From Azolla caroliniana (taxonomy: Eukaryota > Plantae > Polypodiophyta), in contig JBHGNT010000022.1 in assembly GCA_043228905.1 (NCBI GenBank), positions 7,254,001-7,318,000 of the forward strand: a DNA stretch of 64,000 nucleotides, written 5' to 3'. The stretch's first letter is position 1; every line of letters starts with the position of its first letter. Below, one piece after another: positions 1 to 10,345 of the stretch. Position numbers and translations under genes: made by a program. The notes under the pieces are model-generated. The model was not told the origin of the DNA. It saw only the letters and a program-made list of their open reading frames with translations, and did no database searches.

Positions 1-1
1 T

Positions 2-1033
2 GCCATTATCGATAGATGATTCCTTCTCCTTTATACATTTGATTAGTTGTGGTGGATCCTTTGATGGTGATAAGTTAATGATACTCCAATCATGCATTAC
101 AAGTAAATCTCTTGGCTCTTGGTCAAATTGTTGTTGAAGAGTTGATGCCCACATAACTTTGTTGCCACTCAATGCAAATCCAAAACACAAATCTTGCACG
201 AACACCTTCATACACTGCAACTTGGCACTTACCAATGCTTCCTTACACGCATTGATCTCCAAAAGCCAATCTCCAGCTATCACTTCCAGGTTACCTTCTT
301 CATCTTGCAACTCCCTTGTGGGTACTTCACCATCAACAACTTTTTTTGTTATATCTTCCATTTCATCTTGCACATATTCATCATCAACCACCATATCGCT
401 TGTTGTATCAATAATGTCCTCAACATGATGTACATTGGCATCACCATCCATAACATCGCTTCTCCTAACAATCTCCTTAGATTTGTCTTTCACATCATCA
501 TTCTTTATATCATGGTTGTCCTCATGAACTAGATGGGGGGACTCCACATTCATCACCTCTTCTTCATTGTCTCTGGAATCACCTTCATAGACATCATTAT
601 AACTCCAAAAATTAGAATAATGATATGAGGGAACCTGTTGAATCGGACATTGCAAGTAGGCTGGTTGTTGGCTCATGACCGATCCACAATTATTATAGCT
701 TGGATTTATGGTATATGACGCCGATACTCCATATGCTTCACCGAATAACAACTTCTTCAATTGTTGATCATAACTTTGACATACTCGAAGCAAATCATGG
801 AAAGACCTTGGGTACTTCATATGCACTTCATATTGAAAATATGGATCTAGCCCTGCTTTGAATCTTTCCATCTTGAAGTATACATCTTCAACGCCTCCAA
901 CAAGTCCAATCCAAGTGGACCATATATCCAAAAACGTCTTCTCATACTCGAGGTAGCACATTGGTGAAACCATACGCAATTGGAAAAGTTCTCTTCGTAG
1001 ATCTGTCGCATCGCGAACTCCATATCTTGCCAT
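2..1033 (-). CDS. Gag-like ORF (at least 344 aa) of an LTR element, running off the window start
   Basis: Manual translation from ATG 1033 (MARYGVRDATDLRRELFQLRM...YEKTF...FKAGL...) is stop-free to base 2. The N-terminus resembles a retrotransposon Gag core and is followed by an acidic region. It is absent from the ORF track, probably because there is no stop in the window. Confidence 0.6.
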   Translation of the reverse strand, partial: MARYGVRDATDLRRELFQLRMVSPMCYLEYEKTFLDIWSTWIGLVGGVEDVYFKMERFKAGLDPYFQYEVHMKYPRSFHDLLRVCQSYDQQLKKLLFGEAYGVSASYTINPSYNNCGSVMSQQPAYLQCPIQQVPSYHYSNFWSYNDVYEGDSRDNEEEVMNVESPHLVHEDNHDIKNDDVKDKSKEIVRRSDVMDGDANVHHVEDIIDTTSDMVVDDEYVQDEMEDITKKVVDGEVPTRELQDEEGNLEVIAGDWLLEINACKEALVSAKLQCMKVFVQDLCFGFALSGNKVMWASTLQQQFDQEPRDLLVMHDWSIINLSPSKDPPQLIKCIKEKESSIDNG

Positions 1034-2664
1034 TAGTTTGATGATGAATCGGTAGATCCAACCATCAATTAGTGGACAACCGTTCCTCCAGTTATACAGA
1101 AAGGATCGACCCTCCCTGGAGCGCCAAAAAAATGAAAAGAGAGAAGATGATAGAAAAGAGAGAGAAGGAAGATATAGAAATCCAAATCTACAAAGATATA
1201 TTAATAAGGAGTGATGATCATAGAAACAAGAGAAAGAAGATACATAAACTCAAGCCTACAAGGATCAATTGATCACTAGAAAAACGCACTACATGAATAG
1301 GCAAGAAAAACACCACCAGAAAAAAGCTCTTCCTCACCACCTCACTCTTCTTGCTTTATATGAAGTTCTCCTCTAGTAGATAAGTTTCGCTTGCTTTCTT
1401 TTCCACGCTTTTTTTAGAGCTTTTCCATCTCCTATTCTTAGCTATGACACAACGATCTTCTAATCGTCATATCTCCCTCATCCATGCTCCAAATTTAGAG
1501 TTTTAAAAAGCTACGGATAGCTCTCGTCATAAGCTTTCTAACCCATATTTGCACATTATATTTGGGTGTCAAACGAGAGAATTATGAGCATTTGTTTCTG
1601 ACTGCGTTTTGGTGGTCTGCTTTTTCTCTTTTTAACTTTTCTCCATCTTTATTGCTTTTATTTGGACTTATCCACGAGATGTTAGTTCATGTCCTTGTCC
1701 TCCAAATGTGAATCCTCCATACCTTATATTCTTTTAGTGTCCAATGGCTTGAATTCTAAAAACAGTTTCACAGGATGCATCTGGATCACCAACCACACTT
1801 GATTTATAAAACCCCGAATAGCCTATACACATAATCGTAATCATCTAGTCTTGCATAAAAAATGCCTTCGATGTAGAATGTCCCGGTGTCGTGAAGATCC
1901 GTCACTACACGCGGATCGTGAGGCGGAACCGCCGGGGTTCTGGACCGGAAGGATTTAGAGTCGATACAAGCTTTGGCGAGAAAGTACTTAAGATAGATTG
2001 GGAAAGAGAGAAGTTGAGATTAAACGATTGAGAAAGATCGATTGAACTTTTTTTTATCTTTGGATTTAAGAAACAAGTTACACCATCAATTTGATAACGA
2101 ATTTCTTTTTCTTAATTTCCTAAAAAAAAAAACCGTGTCTTTTTCTCCTCCCCGTTCCCTCTTTTATAGATGCTCTCATGCATATGATGCATGTGAGGGT
2201 ACAAGACATGCATAAATTGCATGTTTGCCATTTGGCGCTGTCGTGCCTTTCGGCTCCAGATCGTTTGCGTGAGTCGGGTGGGAACCACCGAGGTTTTGGA
2301 CTAGGAGAAAGAAAAATACAAATAAGGCTAGTAAAGAATAGGTATAAAGAGTTATAAGATAAGAATCTCGTGAATCCCACGAGTTTAGTATATTTAGTCA
2401 ATATTTAGGTAAGAATATGTATTTAGATTAAAAGAAAGATATAAGAAACTTGTGAATCCCACAAGTATAGATTATATTATTTTCGTGAATCCCACGATTA
2501 TATTAATCGGTTGGTGTTTTCGGAAATATATCCAATTTCCAAATGGTAGCATAATGGTAAAGTTGAAGTTTGGCTACGTGGAGGTACATGGTTCGAATCT
2601 TGCCCTATGCACGTGATAAATATCTTGATATATTATTTTATTTATTTATATGTAATTAAATCGG

Positions 2665-4584
2665 TTATATTATTTTTACTTTTTCACGTAGTGTACGAAA
2701 TACACTACGACACTCGCCCCCTCCGAACCCGCACATCCTCCGGTATGTGCCGAAGTTGCCAATGCTCGTTGTCTCCCCTTCATCCTCCGTTTGTCCCGCT
2801 ATGTCAACTTTGTCTCTCCATTTTGAGTAGACCCATTCTTTCCACCCGAACCATTGTCGCCATCCGATCCACCATATTCTTTGTTCTCTCTCGTCATATT
2901 CTTGGCCCTTGTCATTCGTGGTAGTGTCTTTTACTGGCCTCTTTCTTGTCTTCATCAACCTTGACTTTTTTCCGGATCGCTCTCGTCCGATCAACTTTCG
3001 GTTTGATCGGCTTCCGATCGGATTCGTATTCGGCCGAATCGGAATCGGTTGTTCGGTTTCGATTGAGTCGGTCTCCTTCCGGCCCGGTTTTGATCTATCG
3101 GTTTCGGTTTCGGTTGGCTTTCTTTTCCTCGTTTTCACCAGCCTCGACCGGTCCAACCCCCAGTTGAGTCGGATTAGCTTCTTTCCGGATCGGTCTCGTT
3201 TGTGTCGTCTTTCGGCTGAATTCTCTTCCTTTCGGTTCGGCTTTCTTTCGGGTCGACTTTCGGTCGAATCCTCTTTTACCCGGCTCGGCTTTCTTTCGGA
3301 TCGGAATCCTGTCCGGATCACCTTCCATCCGAACCGGCTTCCGACTTTACCTTTCTTGCCGCCACCTCCTGTCTCTCCGGTCTCACGTTGGTTCTCGGAC
3401 ACAACCGCCGAAGTCTCTAGAATTAGTGGGTAGGAATCCTCGGTATTATCATCCTCTGTCATTTCAACCATAGCCTCCTTCTCGGCTATCTCTCCGTCGT
3501 ATGAATCGGTTTCGACCTTTGTTTTCTCTCCACCACCTTCCGTCTCTTCGGTCTCACGTTGCCTTTCGAACGCAACCGCCGGAGTCTCTGGAATCAGTGG
3601 TGGAGAAATCTCGATATGGCCATCCGCCATTGATTCGTCCATAGCCACCTTCGATTCGATGTCATCTTTCTTGGTGACCTCCTCAATCAAGTCCTCCTTG
3701 CTCTCTTTCACTGCATCAATTATGCAAACATCAATTATGCTTACCCCTTTTTCACCCGATGTTTCGGACACTTGTATTCCGAAATCTTCTTCTACACTTG
3801 GGTTATCGGCCTTATCCTTTGTCGTTGTTCTTTCGCAAGACAAGAGGGTAGCTTGTTTTACACCCTCTTCCGTCGCACCATCATGTTGTATTTCGGCCTT
3901 CATATCGGCTCCATTGTTTGTCTTCAATCGACCATCCTTCATCGGCCATGTCGTTGACAAGATTCTCATCTTCCTCTCATCATGTCTCCGGCATACCCTT
4001 TGGACTTCGGCCCAATCTTCGGTAAGACCATTCGTACCTTCATCGTCTTCGAGTTCGATCCCGATGTCCATCCTTTCTTTTCGATCGATCGATTTTACGA
4101 ACATTAGGACTTTATCCTCTCCCACCAATCGTTGTTCTCGCTCCGAGAGTCGAGCAAAACGATGCTCGAACTCTAGGAATGCTTGTGTTGCACTTCGGTG
4201 GGTCTTCTCCGATGCCACCCATTCGTCGAATTCTCGCCGATCTTGTCCCTTTGATCTCTTGTAATCATATGCCTCTCGTAAAGCTTCTTCGAATGACCCC
4301 CATGTCGAGTTTTGTTGCCGTATCTTGTGGATTCTCTCTTGTAGCTCATCCGTGGCCACCCGATTGAAGGATGTCACTTGCAATCCTTCCGGTATCCCAC
4401 ATCGTATCATCTCTGCCTTGTAGTCATGTAGATAGCGTGACACATCGTTTCCGTTGAATTGTCCGTTTCGTTGTACGAGCCGCTTTACTGCCCCCGTGAT
4501 CTCCGACATCACTCGTTGTTCTTGTAGCATCCGCTCGAACATCATCATCATCGTTATGCTCATTGCCTCTTGTTGATTCTCCAT
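2665..4584 (-). CDS. gag: Gag plus low-complexity tail (639 aa from MENQQ), no protease, RT or integrase
   Basis: The N-terminus (FNGNDVSRYL..., KVLMFVKSID...LTEDW) is homologous to the Gag of element B. The ORF is uninterrupted and ends inside the 3' LTR. The ORF-track start at 4785 lies in the LTR and is probably not real. Confidence 0.75.
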   Translation of the reverse strand: MENQQEAMSITMMMMFERMLQEQRVMSEITGAVKRLVQRNGQFNGNDVSRYLHDYKAEMIRCGIPEGLQVTSFNRVATDELQERIHKIRQQNSTWGSFEEALREAYDYKRSKGQDRREFDEWVASEKTHRSATQAFLEFEHRFARLSEREQRLVGEDKVLMFVKSIDRKERMDIGIELEDDEGTNGLTEDWAEVQRVCRRHDERKMRILSTTWPMKDGRLKTNNGADMKAEIQHDGATEEGVKQATLLSCERTTTKDKADNPSVEEDFGIQVSETSGEKGVSIIDVCIIDAVKESKEDLIEEVTKKDDIESKVAMDESMADGHIEISPPLIPETPAVAFERQRETEETEGGGEKTKVETDSYDGEIAEKEAMVEMTEDDNTEDSYPLILETSAVVSENQRETGETGGGGKKGKVGSRFGWKVIRTGFRSERKPSRVKEDSTESRPERKPNRKEENSAERRHKRDRSGKKLIRLNWGLDRSRLVKTRKRKPTETETDRSKPGRKETDSIETEQPIPIRPNTNPIGSRSNRKLIGRERSGKKSRLMKTRKRPVKDTTTNDKGQEYDEREQRIWWIGWRQWFGWKEWVYSKWRDKVDIAGQTEDEGETTSIGNFGTYRRMCGFGGGECRSVFRTLREKVKII

Positions 4585-4601
4585 CTCCTTGCCACCCACC
4601 T

Positions 4602-4618
4602 TCACGTCGGGTTCACCA
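4602..4618 (-). promoter_or_regulatory. PBS complementary to the tRNA-Trp 3' end
   Basis: TGGTGAACCCGACGTGA lies 4 nt from the LTR and is identical to the PBS of element B at 23851-23867. Confidence 0.85.
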
Positions 4619-5242
4619 ATTGTGTCGTGCCTTTCGGCTCCGGATCGTTTGCGTGAGTCGGGTGGGAACCACCGAGGTTTTGGACTAGGAGAAAGAAAAA
4701 TACAAATAAGGCTAGTAAAGAATAGGTATAAAGAGTTATAAGATAAGAATCTCGTGAATCCCACGAGTTTAGTATATTTAGTCAATATTTAGGTAAGAAT
4801 ATGTATTTAGATTGAAAGAAAGATATAAGAAACTTGTGAATCCCACAAGTATAGATTATATTATTTTCGTGAATCCCACGATTATATTAATCGGTTGGTG
4901 TTTTCGGAAATATATCCAATTTCCAAATATTTCACACGCCTATTACATTGTGCTCCCCATCCTTATGTAGTGATGGGAGAGACTAAGCATAGCTACATGC
5001 TTTTTTTTTCTAATATGTTCATGCACACTAAATGTGCATGTGATGCTTTTTTAATCCTTGCTTTTATTTGCTAAATATAGTGCTCATGCACGCTAGATGT
5101 GCATGAGTCACTTTTTAGTTGCTTGCGTTTTTCTATAAAATATTCACGCACTCTAAAAATGCATGATTTACCTTTTTAATAAAGGTAGGCGCAAATAAAG
5201 CACTTATAGTTATTAAATCTATTTATAGAACACTAAAGATAA

Positions 5243-5308
5243 GGTAGCATAATGGTAAAGTTGAAGTTTGGCTACGTGGAGGTACATGGTTCGAATCTTG
5301 CCCTATGC
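5243..5308 (+). promoter_or_regulatory. tRNA-like Pol III A/B-box cassette inside the LTR (also about 2545-2610, 5520-5590, 21635-21700, and minus strand 23361-23423 and 27919-27981)
   Basis: A box TAGCATAATGG and B box GGTTCGAATC with tRNA-like spacing. No acceptor stem is visible. Confidence 0.6.
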
Positions 5309-7563
5309 ACGTGATAAATATCTTGATATATTATTTTATTTATTTATATGTAATTAAATCGGTTATATTATTTTTACTTTTTCACGTAGTGTACGAAATA
5401 CACTACGACAGCGCTTATGTATTACAAGTGGTGCATGATAACCATGTCACTCATTTTAGCTCTCATGTATGAGAATTTACATCTAAAAGTACAATGATAG
5501 AAATATAATTTCAACTAAATAGCATGGCTTAATGGTAAGCCAATTGACTCCTAACTTGGAGGTGCAAGGTTCGAATCCTTACTTGCCCTCCTTGTATATG
5601 TAAATATGTATATATATTTATATATTTATTTATCTAGTTGCCAGACGCCGGTTCGCCGGATACCGGTGCCTCGCCGGCATCATGCCGGCGGTTACCGGTG
5701 CCTCGCCGGATGCCATCGGTTACCGGTGCCGTCGCCGGATAGCCACCGGATGCCGCCGGATCACCGGCTCCATCGTCGGTCCGGTTTTGGTTGGCCAAAA
5801 CCCTTAACGAGTAGTTAGCCCACCTCCACTCTTAGTTCAAGTTACCTTGAAATCTCTATGCTCCACACATAGACACAAAGATAATATCTTTTGCTCCACC
5901 TTATATATGATGAGAGCTGTATTTGTCGTGCCTATGTGGGATATCTCACAATTTTCTCTTTTCCTTTCACAAAGTTTATACCCTCGTGCATTCGAAACCT
6001 CCATCATTTTGTACTTCGATATTAAATCTATTTAAAATGTTATCTTCACAATTATTATACTATGTGATTCATACTCGATTTCGTACGTTTTATGGGATTT
6101 TCACACTATTGCCGAAAATCTTCATGACACCGGTAGATAGAACATTTCCCCAAGCATCTAATATATTCTACGTTGCACATTGTTTACTAACCGCGCACTT
6201 CAATATATAGAAATAAGCACCCTTTTAATTGACTTCTTCTGCATTTACAACAAAATTATCCCCAACATTTAAGACATCACTCAGAGTATCTCCACGTCCT
6301 TCATATGTGAAGTCAACATTCTTTTCTGTTTCTCCATCAATTGCTTCCTTATCGTTCAATGTATGATACTCCCAATTTTGAATATATGCTTTGTTTAAAC
6401 AATACCTCCAATTTCCCTGCACACAATGGAAGCAGAAACAAGTTAATTCTCTAACCGCAATACAATGACCATCCAACCTAGAATAACCGCGAACAACATG
6501 GAGAGATCGCAATTCGGGAATTCCATGGCACTCCCAAGTCTTCTCCCTATTTACTTCATCTATCTTCACTTCCCAAAATTCACGTTTGATATCTCGGACC
6601 TGCGAAGAATAAATACCAGTTGCACTTGTTGACATATTAGCTCTTAAAAATTCAACTACATGTGCTGCACAATTCATCTACACACCATTTGCCTTTAGTT
6701 GTTCATCAGTAAGTGCCCGCTTTATAACAACACCTGCACCATCATGTTCACCTTTACCATGGCCAGACCCAAAAAAATTCCATCTCATCTCCAAACTTGT
6801 TATAGCAGGATACCTCCCGACAAAATAAAATGGACGTCTAGCCTTGAATTGTGACGCAGCTCCATCAGACCAGACCCAATGTTGAGTAAGCTCCAAACGT
6901 TTAGCTATTAACCATTGCCAATGTAAGTTAAAACATTGTTGGACGAACAAGGTATCATGCTTCTTATCATCAGAAATAAAAAAATGAATTACTTTTTTAA
7001 CATCACCTGAAACTCAAAAATATGTTATGTGCAAATAGAGACGCCAAATCCATTGGTTTAAGCGACTTCCTAACTAGATCCTTTCTTTTACACACCTTTC
7101 CTTCGAAATTGGTGTCAACTGACTCAAATAACTTGACAGAGATTAATATTTCACTACTCAATTCATTTGGACACCACCTAAATCTACTAGGGTCACAATC
7201 TTGACATAAACCTATGACACATTTATGATTGTGGAAGATGGTCTCAGTTTCTCTCGGACACAATACTGAGCCTAAAAGACAACTCATGGAAGAGATAACA
7301 TGCTCAGATGATTTACACTGCTCTTGCAGGCTCGATCCACAAATTGGGCACTCACAAGTGCAAACTGCATTAGTTAGGGAGGCGCTATGGTGACATAGTA
7401 GATTAACAGAGTCCTTGAGAAAACCCATTTGTACATGGTAAATGCAACAACATGTGTATCGATCCTTCAAGTGTCTCACAAAGTGTGGCTTAAGAGACTC
7501 GAATGTTCGTAGTTGAACTTTAATATTTGGATGCATTCGCCTGAACCTAATAAATAAATCTAC

Positions 7564-7949
7564 CTGCGTAATAAAATGGACCTACTGATTAGCTCTATAG
7601 CTATGCTCCAAACATGTTATAGCAGCTAATAAGCTATTTTGGTAGCTAATTAGCTATCCTAGTAGTTAAATAGCTGCTAATAACTAATAGCTATTCGAAA
7701 TAGTTAGTTAGCTATGATTGGTAGCTAATTAGCTATTCTCATAGCTAATTAGCTATCCTCGCAACTAATTAGCTAATTAGCTATCCTAGCAACTAATTAG
7801 CTAATGAGCTATGATTGGTAGCCAATTAGCTATCCTAGCAACTAATTAGTTGGTAATAACTAAATTAGCTATTGGGAATAGCTAGTTAGCTAATCTGGTT
7901 GCTAATTAGCTATCCTAGAAGTTAAATAGTTGGTAATAAATGTAAATAC
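7564..7949 (-). repeat. GT-AG intron filled with degenerate TAGCTAAT(TAGCTA) repeats
   Basis: Donor GTATTT at 7949 and acceptor GCAG at 7564. Splicing gives HLLGVP*|VDLFIRFRRMHPNIK in frame. The same motif recurs at 10500-10580. Confidence 0.7.
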
Positions 7950-8083
7950 CTAAGGTACACCAAGAAGATGAATGGGATGCTCCTCATATTGACTCCTTCC
8001 AACACGTTTCGTACATAAATCCTGCTTATTGGGTGAAACCCTACTCTCACTAGTCCAAAATATTGTGATTATATCCTTGATTT

Positions 8084-8541
8084 TGTAGTTCAAATCGTTG
8101 CCGGCCACAACCGGTTGTATATGTCTGGAACATAATACAGAAATTGAGAATGACACAGATTTTAACGTGGAAACCTGAACTGGGAAAAACCACGTGGAGT
8201 CCACAAACTTCGAAAACGGAACACTATGAGAGAAAGGAATACAATCAGAGATCTCAGAGGCAACGACCTCGAGATCCTGCTTCGCCAATTGGCGGCTATG
8301 GAGCTCACACACTTCCACTCACACTCGTTCACACTCATAGTTACAGAGGCAACAACCTCGTCGACCGTAACTTTACAATAATACACACTACTAACATGAT
8401 TGCCCTAAGTACTTATATACTAATGTAACCTTTCGACTATTTACAAGTTTAGCCTTCTGTGTCGGCTATCTCCACGATTTACAAGTTGCTCATCAACACG
8501 GTTCTTCTCACTTCCCATCCGGAGGGATCTGTTTCCTAACA
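8084..8541 (-). mobile_element. Copia solo LTR
   Basis: TG..CA termini and 5-bp TSD GATTT (8079-8083/8542-8546). Shares the ACGTGGAAA..AAAACCAC and CCCATCCGGAGGGA motifs with other copia LTRs in the window. Confidence 0.9.
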
Positions 8542-9329
8542 GATTTCTGATGTTATGGGTGTGATTGGCTTACATCTTGTTGTTAGCTTTAGGAGACTAG
8601 TTCCTTCACCCGAGGAGACTATCAAGTTCAATGTATTGTACACACTTTTTCTAGTAACACCAATTACCTTAGGTAGCACACTGATGTTAATATCGTCAAC
8701 ATCACTATTAACTAACATCATTACAGTAGAACTTTTTAAGACAAGATCATCTTATGACCTGCTCATGGATACGAAACTATTACGGAGATTATTTACTAGT
8801 ACAGATGTTATGTTTGCATTAAGACCATCACAATCAACTAACTCCTTTATTGATGGATCATTTAATATTCCATAAAGTACTACCTTCTTGTCTTCATTGC
8901 TGATGTACTTGGTTTGAACATTGAAATAGTCTACAACCTTTCTCTCAATGATAGTAGTCTCATTACTTCCATTCTCAGTGATATTTAGACCTATATCGCA
9001 ACCAATACTATCTTACCTTTAGTGAGTGTGGCTTTCGTATCCTTCAACAATTGATGATGTTTTCTTTCTTTTTTCTACCCAATACTTTCGTATCGCTTGT
9101 TGTGTCCTGATAGCATCATTCCTATCCTGATGATCATTGAGAGGTAATTCTAAACACCCTCTTGCCCTTTCCATTTGGCTTGACGGGTTTAAACCCTAAT
9201 TTTCCCGAAAAAAAGACACGTATTAAAGATGGCTATGGGCAACAATAATACACAAAAATATTCCACAATACACAAGATTATACATGACAATACACAAGAT
9301 AATCAATAGATAGAATAGTTATTGAAATC

Positions 9330-10345
9330 CAAGACCGAACAATGGCGGTAATCCAGGGCCGAATAGTGGAGGCAACTGAGTGTGGAATGGCGGCAATGGA
9401 GGAGTGAACTCCGTTTGATCGAACAGTTTTGGCAATCTAGGACCGAACAATGGCGGCAATTGAGTGTAGAATGATGGCAATGGAGGAGTGAATTCCATTA
9501 GATCGAACAGTGGCAGATGATGCTTGGAATGCACAGTGACGACAACTGAGAGTAGAATGGCAACAGTGGAGAAGGAGTGAACTCCTTCGGATCAAAAAGT
9601 GGCAGCAATACACGACCGAACAGAAGCGGCAACTGAGTGTAGAATGATGGCAATGGATGAGTGAACTCTATGAAATTGAAAAGTGGCAGCAGTCCAGGAC
9701 CGAACAATAGCAACAACTAAGTGTAGAATGATGGCAATGGAGGAGTGAACTCCGTCAGATCGAATAGTGGCAGATGATGCTTGGAATGCACAGTGACGAG
9801 TACAATGGAGGCAGTGGAGAAGGAGTGAACTCCCTCAGATCGAAAAGTGGCAGCAATACACGATTGAACAATAGCGGTAACTAAGTGTAGAATGATGGCA
9901 ATGGATGAGTGAACTCCGTCAAATCGAAAAGTGGCAGGAATCCAGGACCGAATAGTAGTGGCAGCTGAGTGTAGAATGATGGCAATGGAGGAGTGAACTC
10001 CATCAGATCGAATAGTGGCAAATGATGCTTGGAATGCATAGTGATGACAACTGAGAGTAGAATGGCGATAGTGGGGAAGGGGTTAACTCCATCGGATCGA
10101 AAAGTGGCAACAATATATGACCTTCACAGTAGCAGCAACTGAGTGTAGAGTGGCAGCAATGGAGGAGTGAACTTCGCAGATGATGCTTGGACTGAACAGT
10201 GGGGGCAACTGAGTGTAGAATGGTGGCAATGGAGGAGTGAACTCCGTCGGATCGAACAGTGGTTGATGATACTTGGACCGCACAGTGCGGGTAACTGAGT
10301 GTAGAATGGCGGCAATGGAGGAGTGGACTCAATAGGGTTTAGCAA
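9330..10345. repeat. Degenerate compound minisatellite, unit roughly 80-90 bp
   Basis: Recurrent GGACCGAACAGTGGCGGCAACTGAGTGTAGAATGGCGGCAATGGAGGAGTGAACTCC...GATCGAACAGTGG, about a dozen copies. Confidence 0.85.

Larger units (their letters stand above)
2239..5410 (-). mobile_element. Element A: non-autonomous Gag-only Ty3/gypsy-derived LTR element
   Basis: LTRs 4623-5410 (5') and 2239-2712 (3', with a 314-bp internal deletion). Termini TGTCG..CGACA, 4-bp TSD GCGC (2235-2238/5411-5414), tRNA-Trp PBS 4602-4618, PPT 2713-2724. Confidence 0.9.
1887..5810 (-). mobile_element. Older LTR of the TGTCG/tRNA-Trp gypsy group (1887-2238 plus 5415-~5810), split by element A
   Basis: Begins TGTCGTG...GGAACCGCCGGGGTTCTGGAC, similar to the ends of the A and B LTRs. 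It resumes after the GCGC TSD and carries the same A/B-box cassette at about 5520-5590. The far end is degenerate. Confidence 0.6.
6225..9174 (-). pseudogene. Sola-like DDD DNA transposase, decayed and intron-containing
   Basis: Motifs WSDGAASQFK and WNFFGSGHGKGEHDGAG, plus a Cys-rich TCCCIYH region. Removing the solo LTR 8084-8541 and the intron 7564-7949 joins the ORF pieces in frame. Stops at 6678 and 7950. Confidence 0.65.

Noticed and set aside
4585-4785. Hydrophobic N-terminal extension of the 706-aa ORF
   Set aside because: It has a non-ATG start inside the LTR, and the same peptide appears from the other LTR (2120-2401).
5520-5590. Functional tRNA gene
   Set aside because: No acceptor or anticodon stem pairing is visible, so it is kept only as a tRNA-like cassette.
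9330-10345. CRISPR array or extensin gene
   Set aside because: The linkers are themselves repeated and the reading frames are broken by stops.
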